A stretch of 39,926 bases of DNA from an uncultured Candidatus Saccharibacteria bacterium (GCA_964620085.1 CAZUIQ010000006.1:1-39926); one strand, 5' to 3'; shown: positions 15,653 to 25,533, numbered from the stretch's first letter. Program-made: numbers and translations. Notes: a model not told the origin generated them from the sequence alone.

Positions 15653-16702
15653 TTAATACGGAAATTCTTGAACAAGTTCTCCTGAATAATAAAATTCATA
15701 TCCAAGTTGTCCAAAATTATAGTGTGTACCGTTTACCGTAATGGGTGCTCCACCCGCAGAAGGATTCGGTTTTGGAATCGATCGATTAAATCCTAAATTA
15801 TACAATGTCGAAAGTACATCCGGTCGTTGTGAAATATCATACCCAGAAACTTTCCATTGAGCGATTACCTGACGCATGAATAATGCAGGGTACAGATATG
15901 AATAATAAGGATTTTTCGTATCTGTAATACGATCAAAGCGAACTTGTTCTGGATCAGAACCCTCAGTATAGGTGATAAGATTTTCCATTTCAGACCCAAG
16001 ATAAAATACTGAATTTTTATCTTTTAAATGCTCATCAATACGTGCAACCGTCTCTGGCTTAAGTCCTGCGATGCCGTAGGAAAATTTAGAAAGTGATGCA
16101 AGGATTTTAAGTGGTTCAAAATAAGATTTGAACGAATCACGACTACTCGTAAAAAATCTAAATTGCTCACCAATAATTCCACCGAGCAGTATTCGTGGTG
16201 GAATACCTGTATCTGATGCAGCTTTACGAATAATATCCTGATCACGAATAAAAGCTGATTTGAGTACCTGCCACTCATCAGAATCTGCCCATGCATATGC
16301 CGTTTGTACAAGAGGTGTCATATCAGGAACCGATACCCGCGCACAGTCTGTCATATTTGAAAAAAGATTGGTATCTAAAAATCTCATTTGCGATGTTGCA
16401 AACATTTTTGTCACCAGTTCTTTATTGCCAGTAGTTTCATATACGGTTTGAATCCGCCGCGCTGTTTCTGGTGCATAGTTTGCAAGAGCGTGAATTTTAC
16501 ACAACACAATCGCCTGAGTACTATCATCACTCATTGATTCGGCAACAGGTGCATTTTTCAAAAAGGATGAATTTCTTTCTGAGATAGTACCTCGAACATT
16601 GGTCCAGCCAAATCTCATACTCACAAAAACACCACTGAATACACACCCAATAACAGCAAAAACGATGAGTATAGTTTTACCTAGTGCTCCAAAAAGATTC
16701 AT
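15653..16702 (-). CDS. hypothetical membrane-anchored protein (349 aa)
   Basis: N-terminal transmembrane helix; the start overlaps the mnmA stop (ATGA at 16699-16702). Confidence 0.6.
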   Translation of the reverse strand: MNLFGALGKTILIVFAVIGCVFSGVFVSMRFGWTNVRGTISERNSSFLKNAPVAESMSDDSTQAIVLCKIHALANYAPETARRIQTVYETTGNKELVTKMFATSQMRFLDTNLFSNMTDCARVSVPDMTPLVQTAYAWADSDEWQVLKSAFIRDQDIIRKAASDTGIPPRILLGGIIGEQFRFFTSSRDSFKSYFEPLKILASLSKFSYGIAGLKPETVARIDEHLKDKNSVFYLGSEMENLITYTEGSDPEQVRFDRITDTKNPYYSYLYPALFMRQVIAQWKVSGYDISQRPDVLSTLYNLGFNRSIPKPNPSAGGAPITVNGTHYNFGQLGYEFYYSGELVQEFPY

Positions 16703-17733
16703 GCGGCAAGTATACCACCACCTACACAGATCACACCATCATAGAGTACCACCGACTGCCCAATCGACAGTGAAAAATCTGACTCGTCAAACACTATGAG
16801 CGCGCTGTTGTTTGTAAGAACCTCTATCGTGCACGATTTTAATTCACCGTGATAGCGAATTTGTGACGTATATGACTTATCAGAAAGTGCACAGCGCCAT
16901 ACGCAACCCTCAAGCATTACTTGATGTGAAACTTCTCGATCTTGAGGACTCTGAGAAACAGTAATCGTATTTTTTTGAATGTCCTTTGCGGTAATATAAT
17001 ATGGCTTATCATCAGGCGTTTTTTCTGTAATAACAAAACCGTGCCGCTCACCAAGTGTATAGAATACTGCCCCATCGTGTGTCCCAATATTTTTCCCTTC
17101 CTCATTTAAAACATCACCAGGACTCATTTCAATATAGTGAGATAAAAAATCTTTCATATTAATTTCTCCGATAAAACAAATTCCTTGTGAATCTTTTTTA
17201 GTGGCTGTTGAGAGGTTATAGTTCTCTGCAATCACTCGTACTTCCTTTTTTTGTAAATGACCAATAGGAAACAAAATATCCTTAAGTTGTTCATGAGTAA
17301 GTGTCCATAAGAAATACGATTGGTCTTTTTTATGATCAACACCTTTTACAAGCTGATTATTTATATTTTGCGCATAATGCCCCGTTGCAACAATTCCGCC
17401 ATTTTTTCTTGCCCAGCTTAAAAAGCCACCGAATTTTACCTCTCGATTACACATCACATCAGGATTAGGTGTTCGTCCTGCGCGATATTCTGCAATCATG
17501 TAATCAACAACTCCTTGTTTATATTCTTGCTCTAAATCAAGCTCAACGAAAGGAATACCCATGTGTGCACACACACGCATCGCATCACGACGTTCTTCGC
17601 GCCACGTACACGAGATCCAATCAGGTTGCCAAGTACGAATAAATACCCCGATTACTTCGTGACCTTGTTCTTTTAATACCGCAGCAGCTACCGAACTGTC
17701 TACTCCTCCTGACACCCCAACAAATACTTTCAT
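16699..17733 (-). CDS. mnmA: tRNA 2-thiouridine(34) synthase MnmA
   Basis: PP-loop VGVSGGVDSSVAA; conserved NPD..CN and catalytic Cys regions. Confidence 0.93.
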   Translation of the reverse strand: MKVFVGVSGGVDSSVAAAVLKEQGHEVIGVFIRTWQPDWISCTWREERRDAMRVCAHMGIPFVELDLEQEYKQGVVDYMIAEYRAGRTPNPDVMCNREVKFGGFLSWARKNGGIVATGHYAQNINNQLVKGVDHKKDQSYFLWTLTHEQLKDILFPIGHLQKKEVRVIAENYNLSTATKKDSQGICFIGEINMKDFLSHYIEMSPGDVLNEEGKNIGTHDGAVFYTLGERHGFVITEKTPDDKPYYITAKDIQKNTITVSQSPQDREVSHQVMLEGCVWRCALSDKSYTSQIRYHGELKSCTIEVLTNNSALIVFDESDFSLSIGQSVVLYDGVICVGGGILAA

Positions 17734-17761
17734 GGAGGTACAGTACCATAGTTAGAGCAAT

Positions 17762-17788
17762 AAAAAAAGCGACTCTTTCGATGTCGCT
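17762..17788 (-). terminator. intrinsic terminator after ORF 17816-18559
   Basis: AGCGAC-N9-GTCGCT followed by T7. Confidence 0.7.
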
Positions 17789-17815
17789 TTCTCTCAATGG
17801 CTTATGTTGCAAGTA

Positions 17816-18559
17816 TTATACAATATGCATATCTTGAGCCTCAGCCCCTACGTTAAGGCCAAATGTTCCTGCTCTGAAGTTTTTCACGATAAGCTCGTGA
17901 ATACGTTCTAGAAATTTCTCAGGATTATTCTTTATCTCTTGCTCATTTGTAAAAATAGTAGGAATCTTAGCTGATTTACTACGAGCATCTCTTACCGCCT
18001 CTTTGTTGTTTTTCAAATTGAAATGTACCAACATCCTTTGGCCTCCAAAGATACACCCAAGAACGAAATCTTTCCCTTTTCTATCCTCGTTCGTTTGTGT
18101 TTTTTCTACACTCGTAAGCAGATCGCTCTTCTTAAGCTTAATAACGGATTCTAAATAAATCCGAGCAAAGTATTCGGTATTAAAACCGCGGACACGTTTG
18201 AATAAATACTTCAAAAGAAACTTCTTGATAAATCGCTCAGTTTCATACGGATCGACTGACCCGTGAATACTAATTTTGTCCCTACGCGAATCAATATTTC
18301 TGAAAATAATCCGCTCTTTTTTAGGATCATCAGAAAATGAAATTTTTAATTCATATTCTTCAAGTGTTTTGAGTTTAATAGTAAACAGGAAGCCTCCAGG
18401 GAGGTTTTCCCGAGATTCTTTAAAATCCTTGATACTCTGAGTGATCTTAAGTTCTTGAAGCTGTTCACGTATGATAAAGGTAACGTAGATCAAATCTTTT
18501 GAGCATTTAAATAGTTGGGCAAGATTACTCTTGCGTTCCCCATCTTGTTTTAATTTCAT
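17816..18559 (-). CDS. hypothetical protein (247 aa)
   Basis: ATG ORF followed by a terminator (17762-17788); no motif recognised. Confidence 0.5.
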   Translation of the reverse strand: MKLKQDGERKSNLAQLFKCSKDLIYVTFIIREQLQELKITQSIKDFKESRENLPGGFLFTIKLKTLEEYELKISFSDDPKKERIIFRNIDSRRDKISIHGSVDPYETERFIKKFLLKYLFKRVRGFNTEYFARIYLESVIKLKKSDLLTSVEKTQTNEDRKGKDFVLGCIFGGQRMLVHFNLKNNKEAVRDARSKSAKIPTIFTNEQEIKNNPEKFLERIHELIVKNFRAGTFGLNVGAEAQDMHIV

Positions 18560-18627
18560 GGGCTATTATGTTTTAAAATGAATGAAATATTAAAAGAAAT
18601 ATACCACACATTTTATAATAATGCAAG

Positions 18628-19167
18628 CTACTGGCCCATAAGCCTCTTAAACACCTCAAATGTTACTCTAATATCAGCCAAGGCACTGTGTGCTTTTTCA
18701 TTCTTGATTCCATATTTATCACAAAGTGACTTGAGACTAAAACTCGTCATTTCTGGGTCCTTTCTAAAACGTAAATAAGCTAAGGAGATCGTATCAAGCT
18801 TAGCAAAAAAGAAAGGATCCTTGATACCATGTCTCATAAATCCCGCCACCAAAAACGAATAGTCGAACGGTGTATTTTGAGCAACTAACACACACCCTTC
18901 ACATTTCTGAGAAAGCATCGTAAAAGCCTCCTTTTGCGTGTGTCCAAATAGCCAATCATTTTCATCGTAACGATTAATACGTAAAGCTTCAGCATCTGCT
19001 GTTTCAATATGATCAGGTTTTACTTTTACCTCAAAACTCTCGAGCTCCTCATAAACACCTTGATCATTTAATTTTGCAAATAAACACCCGATTTCGATAA
19101 CTTCTTGAGTCAATGGATTAAATCCCGTTGTTTCTAAGTCAATAAACGCTAATTTTTTTTCTCTCAT
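18628..19167 (-). CDS. DEDDh 3'-5' exonuclease (DnaQ/epsilon-like)
   Basis: ExoI FIDLETTG, ExoII NTPFDYSFL, ExoIII HSALADIRV. Confidence 0.8.
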   Translation of the reverse strand: MREKKLAFIDLETTGFNPLTQEVIEIGCLFAKLNDQGVYEELESFEVKVKPDHIETADAEALRINRYDENDWLFGHTQKEAFTMLSQKCEGCVLVAQNTPFDYSFLVAGFMRHGIKDPFFFAKLDTISLAYLRFRKDPEMTSFSLKSLCDKYGIKNEKAHSALADIRVTFEVFKRLMGQ

Positions 19168-19193
19168 AGATTTTCTATAGTAACATATAGTTT

Positions 19194-20183
19194 TTATTTC
19201 AAAAACTTTTTCTTATTAGCAAGATGTTCTGCATATGTTTTTGCATAACGAATTACCCCATCGTTACCATGAAGGTAATACAAATACGGTGATGCTTGAG
19301 GAGAGATCGCTGCCTTGATCATAGCAACACCAGGATTTCCAATGGGACCAACTGGTAGTCCTTTGCGTGTGTAGGTATTATAGGGACCATCTTTTTGAAG
19401 ATCGCTTAATTTTAATTGCTCACTCGTTTTACCAAGTGTATACAAAAACGGTGCATCTACCTGCAGTGGTAACCCTGCACGTATTCGCGCCCATAAAATA
19501 CCCGAAACCATTTTTGCTTCTTCTGCGGTCTTAGCTTCTTTTTCCAGAAGCGATGCCATGATAATAATTTCCCGTTCTGTTTTTCCAGAAACAGCAATTT
19601 CATTTCTGAGAGGTTTTATCTTTTTTTCATACTGTTCCTCAAGAAGATGTATCATACTATCGATCGTGATTGATTTGAACACAATATAAGTTTCTGGGAA
19701 AAGAAAACCTTCTTTGTCTTTTGTTTTTGTCATAAACTCATCACGATTCCATGCAGGAATTACTTGAGAGATAATTTTTCCAATCTCAGTAGTTGATGAG
19801 CCTTCAGGAATTGTAATTTTTGCTTGTGTTCCTCCAAAATTTCCACGGGTGAGCATCTGCGCCACTACAAGCACGTTCTCCTTGGTATTAAATTGAAAAT
19901 CACCAGCAATAACACCTCGACGATTCATGAGCGAGGTCACGGTTGCCTGGAATACACTTGCCGACCGAATAATATTTGCAGATTGGAGAATAAGCGCGGC
20001 CTCCTTGGTAGAAACTCCCGTAGGGATAGTAACCAACGTACCAGGAATAAAGCCAGATGGAGCTCTTCCTGAATAGACAACACCTCCTATGATAATAAGG
20101 AGTACTGCAAACACTATACCAAAAAGCCACCTGAGGCTTCGGGGCTTTTCCTCCATAATAATTTTGGGATAGTGATACTCCAT
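19194..20183 (-). CDS. mltG: endolytic murein transglycosylase MltG (YceG-like)
   Basis: N-terminal transmembrane helix; ASLLEKEA...; YNTYTRKGLPVGPIGNPG motif. Confidence 0.9.
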   Translation of the reverse strand: MEYHYPKIIMEEKPRSLRWLFGIVFAVLLIIIGGVVYSGRAPSGFIPGTLVTIPTGVSTKEAALILQSANIIRSASVFQATVTSLMNRRGVIAGDFQFNTKENVLVVAQMLTRGNFGGTQAKITIPEGSSTTEIGKIISQVIPAWNRDEFMTKTKDKEGFLFPETYIVFKSITIDSMIHLLEEQYEKKIKPLRNEIAVSGKTEREIIIMASLLEKEAKTAEEAKMVSGILWARIRAGLPLQVDAPFLYTLGKTSEQLKLSDLQKDGPYNTYTRKGLPVGPIGNPGVAMIKAAISPQASPYLYYLHGNDGVIRYAKTYAEHLANKKKFLK

Positions 20184-20186
20184 AGG

Positions 20187-21650
20187 CTAAATAGGAAGGT
20201 TTGCGGGCGGTTCTGCCTTTTGAGCATCAATACGACCAAGCGCAGATGTTTCGGCAACTGACCCTGGGAAATGGAACAGTGTGGCAAGCTCTTCTGTAGA
20301 GAGTACTGATGTCACGGTTTTACCAATCGTCGCATTAACCAGAGGCTTATCTGCCATTTTTTTAATGGCAACCGTTGCCCCCATTTCTGGTGGATAGAAA
20401 AATTCTCGCTTGATATATCGCTTGAACATTTTTTCTCGATTAGTATTTTTCTTAAGATCTTTATAATCCTGCCAAGGAAAATCAAACCCATCATCCGTTC
20501 CGTTGATCGCTTCAAGACTATTCAAATTTGGCGCATTGAACTGCTTAAAAGTATTTTTAATTTCTCCAAATTTATCTTTTTTAAAATTTGAACCTTTTCC
20601 AAGATAGATCACACGAATACCGGTATCATATCCATATCGAGTAAGCTTCCTCTCGGTTGCCTCCATACGTGGCTTTTCTTTCTCTGGAGCATCTTTAAAT
20701 CCAGTATTATACGTTGAATCATCTATCTTTTTGTCTGGATCACTTGGATCAGTTTTTTCTTTTTTAATAAGCTGACTTCGATAAGGCTTCAAAATAATTT
20801 GATCAATCCAATAACGTCCCACGTCCTGCCAAGTAACAAATGGTTTTTCATCCTTCTTGGCCTTATCGGGATTTTCAAAATGTGCCCATGATCCTTGTAC
20901 TACAAACTGAATCCAAACCTGTTCACCCTGACCGAGAGAACCAAGTACCTGGAGGAGTGGCACAATAGGATCAATCTTCTGATTTTCATCAAGATTAAAT
21001 GATTCATGAAGCCCATACTCGACATAGGTTTTGATCGGAAGTGCGTCGATCGGAATTTTTTTATCTTTATCATCAGGATTTGGCACAAACTCTTCTTTTA
21101 GTTTATATTCACATCCACGCAAATCCCAACCATTTCCCATTTTAAACGGTGGTACATACTTTGTATAATCATCAACCTCGGTTACTTCTGCCTGTGGAAA
21201 TTGTGCGTAAATCAAATTCTCAATTCCTTCACGATTTTTCGGTTCACATCGTATAAAAAAATAAATACTTCCTTCAATAGATGCAATTTCAAGAGACCAC
21301 CAAAGCGGCCATTTTCCATTCCAAAGCGCGTCATACCATTTCCCAAAATCAGTAATGAGGGTGCTCCATTTCGTATCAATGCCTTTGGTAAATAACGGAG
21401 GCTTAGTATCTCCGTATAATGAAGTCAAAATCGTCTCAATAGCTGCAGGGCTTTTGAACACTTCACGTGGAATTTTAATCTCAATCATCGTAAACTTAGC
21501 CTCAGAGATTTTTAATTTTCTCACATACTCAAGCCACCAATCCTTGGCTACCCATAAACATAACAGCGGTGCCCAAATAACCGCAGTACCTACAATAAAA
21601 GGCCATACAAATTCGCGGAGTATGAACAAGGTGGTTTGAATAGGATCCAT
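20187..21650 (-). CDS. hypothetical membrane protein (487 aa)
   Basis: Two N-terminal hydrophobic helices followed by a large soluble domain; its stop lies 3 nt before the mltG ATG. Confidence 0.6.
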   Translation of the reverse strand: MDPIQTTLFILREFVWPFIVGTAVIWAPLLCLWVAKDWWLEYVRKLKISEAKFTMIEIKIPREVFKSPAAIETILTSLYGDTKPPLFTKGIDTKWSTLITDFGKWYDALWNGKWPLWWSLEIASIEGSIYFFIRCEPKNREGIENLIYAQFPQAEVTEVDDYTKYVPPFKMGNGWDLRGCEYKLKEEFVPNPDDKDKKIPIDALPIKTYVEYGLHESFNLDENQKIDPIVPLLQVLGSLGQGEQVWIQFVVQGSWAHFENPDKAKKDEKPFVTWQDVGRYWIDQIILKPYRSQLIKKEKTDPSDPDKKIDDSTYNTGFKDAPEKEKPRMEATERKLTRYGYDTGIRVIYLGKGSNFKKDKFGEIKNTFKQFNAPNLNSLEAINGTDDGFDFPWQDYKDLKKNTNREKMFKRYIKREFFYPPEMGATVAIKKMADKPLVNATIGKTVTSVLSTEELATLFHFPGSVAETSALGRIDAQKAEPPANLPI

Positions 21651-21659
21651 AATGGGTTA

Positions 21660-21668
21660 AGTATAGCA
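21660..21668 (-). promoter_or_regulatory. extended -10 TGcTATACT, 9 nt before the ATG of the 487-aa gene
   Basis: Sequence match; no SD motif. Confidence 0.5.
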
Positions 21669-21694
21669 AATTTTAGAGAGAAGACTATTGGGGT

Positions 21695-22408
21695 TTACTT
21701 AAGATGAAGAAATACAGAATTATTTATTCTTTCTACCAAAGCCTCTGAAAAACCCTCTTTTAATGTTCTTTCAAAAAAGGTTGCGCGCTGTTTTGACTTA
21801 TCCCTCTTACTACTAAGCTCCGCAGGTTTTACATCAACACCAATATGTGTGCAAAATTGGGTACGCAAATCAACGTCTTTCAAAATATCTCCTAGTAAAT
21901 ATTTATCCCTAACAAGCTTCTGTAGAGGGAATTTTTCAATATCTCCAAATGAACTAATTGTAATACCCCCGTTTTCTATAATCAGTTCATCTATCCAACT
22001 TCCAGCCTCACCTATTCTTTTAAAATAAAACCCTTCGAATATTTTTGGATTCTCAACCATCTTGTCTGTTACTATTTTTTGAAAACTAGCAACTTCTCCT
22101 AAGTACATATTTTCTGATGAGGCATGCATTACTACGGTTCTCACATTATCAACTTCTGAAACTTTTTTAATAATCTCAACAATACTATTTCCCACTTTTA
22201 CCATACTCTCCACTCCTCTATTAGTAATAGCCATACTATTTTCCACTTCAAAAATGATCTCCCAAATACCCTCTTTCTCGAGACGTGTACTCATACTAAA
22301 ATCATACTTCAGACCATCTATAGATTTTTCTATAGAAAATACCCGAGTCCCAAAATCTTCTATCTTCGTAAGATTTATTTTATTCATCCCACCAATAATA
22401 CTTTCCAT
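21695..22408 (-). CDS. hypothetical protein (237 aa), tandem paralog A
   Basis: Shares blocks with the 22456-23256 product: IDGL(K/E)YDF, (A/L)ITN(R/K)G, HIG(V/A)D and (F/Y)ERTLK. Confidence 0.6.
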   Translation of the reverse strand: MESIIGGMNKINLTKIEDFGTRVFSIEKSIDGLKYDFSMSTRLEKEGIWEIIFEVENSMAITNRGVESMVKVGNSIVEIIKKVSEVDNVRTVVMHASSENMYLGEVASFQKIVTDKMVENPKIFEGFYFKRIGEAGSWIDELIIENGGITISSFGDIEKFPLQKLVRDKYLLGDILKDVDLRTQFCTHIGVDVKPAELSSKRDKSKQRATFFERTLKEGFSEALVERINNSVFLHLK

Positions 22409-22415
22409 ACCTAAG

Positions 22416-22424
22416 ACTATACCA
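22416..22424 (-). promoter_or_regulatory. extended -10 TGgTATAGT, 7 nt before the ATG of paralog A
   Basis: Directly follows terminator hairpin 22424-22449; same cassette as 23265-23298. Confidence 0.55.
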
Positions 22425-22449
22425 AAAATTCCCCGTGTGGGGAATTTTT
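22424..22449 (-). terminator. intrinsic terminator after paralog B
   Basis: AATTCCCC-ACAC-GGGGAATT followed by a T-run. Confidence 0.8.
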
Positions 22450-22455
22450 GAACTT

Positions 22456-23256
22456 TTATAAAAATAACGTAATAGCATTCCCCACTCTTTTAAACTTATA
22501 ATCTGGAAACTTTTGTTTCAATGTTCTTTCATACATATCCGATCTCAACTTTCCTTTATCTTTTTCCACCCCTCTCTCTAAGGTAAAGTCTGCACCAATA
22601 TGCTTCATCAAAGCCGACAACGCGTCTTTATTATCCATAAGACTTGCAAGTTCTTGTTGATTATCCACAAACTGATTTAACGAAAATCTATTTTCACTAT
22701 GATAGGCATTATCAAATCCAAGAAGACGCTGTTTGAGATCGAAGGGCCTTTTCCCTGACTCTTCAATTATTACTTCCCCGTTTTTTATACGAATAGATTT
22801 TTTCCGATCATCTACTTGCTTAGTATGAGAAAAGTTATCAAAGATATGATTTCCTTGTTCTGTTTTACTTTTAAGGAAATTTTTAAATTCATCTAGCTCA
22901 CTCACTCGTAATTCTTCCTCAGCACCAAAAAAGGTTATTTTATTTATTCTTTCATGTTTTCTTGCAGTATTCACCAAAATAACAAGATTCTCGATAATAT
23001 ACTTATAGACTGCAAGACCTTTATTAGTGATAAGCATTCCATGTTTCGTACCAAAACCAAGATTCCAATACTTATCTTCATTTCTCTTGATAAGATGAAA
23101 ATCATACTCAAGCCCATCAATAGTTTCTTCTTTTAAAAACTCAACCATGCCAAAACTATTATTTATTTTTTTAGTCACCCCATTCTCAAGTACCGATTCT
23201 TCAATATCAGGTTTTGGCTTTTTATCAAATAATTTTTCGAATGTTTTACTATACAT
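22456..23256 (-). CDS. hypothetical protein (266 aa), tandem paralog B
   Basis: Paralog of 21695-22408; has its own terminator/promoter cassette. Confidence 0.6.
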   Translation of the reverse strand: MYSKTFEKLFDKKPKPDIEESVLENGVTKKINNSFGMVEFLKEETIDGLEYDFHLIKRNEDKYWNLGFGTKHGMLITNKGLAVYKYIIENLVILVNTARKHERINKITFFGAEEELRVSELDEFKNFLKSKTEQGNHIFDNFSHTKQVDDRKKSIRIKNGEVIIEESGKRPFDLKQRLLGFDNAYHSENRFSLNQFVDNQQELASLMDNKDALSALMKHIGADFTLERGVEKDKGKLRSDMYERTLKQKFPDYKFKRVGNAITLFL

Positions 23257-23264
23257 ATAACGTA

Positions 23265-23273
23265 ACTATACCA
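23265..23273 (-). promoter_or_regulatory. extended -10 TGgTATAGT, 8 nt before the ATG of paralog B
   Basis: Directly follows terminator hairpin 23273-23298. Confidence 0.55.
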
Positions 23274-23298
23274 AAAATCCCCTTTCCAGGGAATTTTT
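23273..23298 (-). terminator. intrinsic terminator after smc (overlaps the stop codon)
   Basis: ATTCCC-TGGAAA-GGGGAT with flanking A/T extension, followed by a T-run. Confidence 0.7.
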
Positions 23299-25513
23299 AT
23301 TTTGCCACCTTTACCGCCTCTTCGAATCGAATCGAGAGGAGTGTCGACGCATCATCAGAACCAAGCGTTACTCCGTACAGAATATCCGCTCGGGACATAG
23401 TCTCACGATTATGAGTCACCACAACCAACTGTGTTTGCTTGGCGAGGTTTTCAATCATATCACCATACTTCTGACTGTTCGCTTCATCGAGCGCCGCATC
23501 GGTTTCATCGAGCACCAGAAATGGTGGTGGATTTACTTGAGACAATGCAAAGAGTAGTGCAATAGAAGTAAGACTTCGCTCCCCTCCTGAAAGCATTTCC
23601 AAATCCTTCACTTTCTTGCGAGGAAGTGACACATCAATATCAATTCCTTGCTCCTTCTCTTCGCCCTCGTCTTCCTCATCACTAATAATTTCATTTCCTT
23701 CCTCATCGAGCTCCTTCTTCTTACGTTTTTCAATATTCACCACATCAAGTTTCGCGTCACCTCCTCCGAACATAAGCTTAAAGAATATATCAAATTCTTT
23801 GTTAATTTTCGTAATACCCGTCTTAAATTCACTTCCCAGTCTTTCTTTTAAATCTTTAATAGTCGACTCGAGAGTCATGACCGCATTCGTCAGATCCGTA
23901 ATCTCCTTTTCCAAGAAACTATCTCGAGTTACCGTCTCATCAAATTCTTGCATCACATCACCTCCACCTCCTCCACCCATATCCTCGAGGCGGATTTTTA
24001 CACGCTCAATTTCATGATGCATGGTACGCAATCCTTGCTCATCGATAATCTGATCATCATTCAAAAATCTATTTTTTAATTCAAGAATAACCGATCCTAC
24101 AAAATTTTCTGCTTGGATATATTCCTCCATCAATACATGGCTTCGTGTTTGTAATTCTTGTGCTGTATTTTCAAGGATATTACGTCGAGACACCACATCA
24201 CTCTTTTGAGCTTGGGCTTCATAAAAGCCACGCTCACGATCCAAGTGCATTGCACGAGTTTCTGCCATCTTGCTTTCAATACTTATAATCTCTTGTTCCT
24301 TTGCAATGATTTCTGTGTCCAGGTGTGCAATTTGTAATTCAAGATCTTGTTTTGTAGCTTCAAATTCACTCGTATCCACAGAAACCTGTGTCTGTGGACT
24401 TCCCTTCTTGCTCTCAATATATGATTTTAATTTCTGAATAATTCCAGATACTGAAATAGTACTCTCTGATTCAAGTTCACTGATCAAAGTTTCAAGTTCA
24501 GCAACGTTCACTGAAACCACTCCTGGTTTCCCTGGAATAACTCGTGTTGCTGATTCAATCATTCCCTCTACACGACCAATCTGTCTTCCGAGATCATCAC
24601 GAGTTTTTGATAATTCGCGAATATGATTACGCACACTTGCAAGCTGCATTTCTCCCTCAGTAACCACTTCCTGAGATTCATTGTTTCCTAGCTGTACTAT
24701 TTTTTGCTCGAGTATCACGAGCTCTTGATTCAAATTTGTAAGCGCACTATCGGTTTCAGATTTCTTGCGCGCCAAAAGACTTTGTTCTTGGACCAAATAA
24801 TGTTCATACAATCCCGCAAGTGCAATTTCTAATTCTCGAGCCTTTTCTATTTTTTCTACCTGCTTCTTCAAGAATTTAATATGCGGAGCAAGTTCACGAC
24901 GAAGACTTTCAGCCTCGCGTACATGGTCCCGCGTTTTTTCAAGTTTGCGTTCAGCATCCTTGATGCGGTAATGATACAACTTCAATCCCAAAGACTCCTC
25001 GAGCATTTCTCTGCGCTCTCCTGGTTTTGAGTTCAACAAACGATCGGCTTCTCCTTGAGAAATAATATGGTGACCACTTGATCCAATATTTACTGACGCA
25101 ATCAATTCGTGAACATCTTTTAATCGTACTTCATTTCCGTTCAAGGAATATTTATTCGCACCATCCATATGCACTTCTCGTGAAATCGTAATTTCGTCAA
25201 AATCAAGCGAGAGGTTCTGATCATCCATTGCAGGTAAATTAAAGATACGCTTCGTATTATCGAACGTAATAGAAACTCCTGCCCGGTTCATTTTTCCAAT
25301 CTGTTTGGATCCTTTGAAAATCAAGTCAGCCCCAGTCTTTGATCGCATTGATTTTGTTGACTGTTCTCCGAGTACGAATCGAATCGCTTCTACCACGTTC
25401 GATTTCCCAGACCCATTGGGACCTACAATCGCTGTCACGGGTGCAGAGAAATCAAAAACCGCCTTCTTGGCAAATGATTTAAATCCATGCATTTCGAGAC
25501 GTTTGAGAGTCAT
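23297..25513 (-). CDS. smc: SMC-family chromosome partition ATPase, compact form (738 aa)
   Basis: N-terminal head FKSF...VGPNGSGKSN..EAIRFVLGEQS; signature LSGGERSLTSIALLFAL; Walker B PFLVLDETDAALD; heptad-rich middle. Confidence 0.8.
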   Translation of the reverse strand: MTLKRLEMHGFKSFAKKAVFDFSAPVTAIVGPNGSGKSNVVEAIRFVLGEQSTKSMRSKTGADLIFKGSKQIGKMNRAGVSITFDNTKRIFNLPAMDDQNLSLDFDEITISREVHMDGANKYSLNGNEVRLKDVHELIASVNIGSSGHHIISQGEADRLLNSKPGERREMLEESLGLKLYHYRIKDAERKLEKTRDHVREAESLRRELAPHIKFLKKQVEKIEKARELEIALAGLYEHYLVQEQSLLARKKSETDSALTNLNQELVILEQKIVQLGNNESQEVVTEGEMQLASVRNHIRELSKTRDDLGRQIGRVEGMIESATRVIPGKPGVVSVNVAELETLISELESESTISVSGIIQKLKSYIESKKGSPQTQVSVDTSEFEATKQDLELQIAHLDTEIIAKEQEIISIESKMAETRAMHLDRERGFYEAQAQKSDVVSRRNILENTAQELQTRSHVLMEEYIQAENFVGSVILELKNRFLNDDQIIDEQGLRTMHHEIERVKIRLEDMGGGGGGDVMQEFDETVTRDSFLEKEITDLTNAVMTLESTIKDLKERLGSEFKTGITKINKEFDIFFKLMFGGGDAKLDVVNIEKRKKKELDEEGNEIISDEEDEGEEKEQGIDIDVSLPRKKVKDLEMLSGGERSLTSIALLFALSQVNPPPFLVLDETDAALDEANSQKYGDMIENLAKQTQLVVVTHNRETMSRADILYGVTLGSDDASTLLSIRFEEAVKVAK

Positions 25514-25524
25514 ATATGGAGATT

Positions 25525-25533
25525 ATTATAACA
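25525..25533 (-). promoter_or_regulatory. extended -10 TGtTATAAT, 11 nt before the smc ATG
   Basis: Directly follows terminator 25533-25560. Confidence 0.55.
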
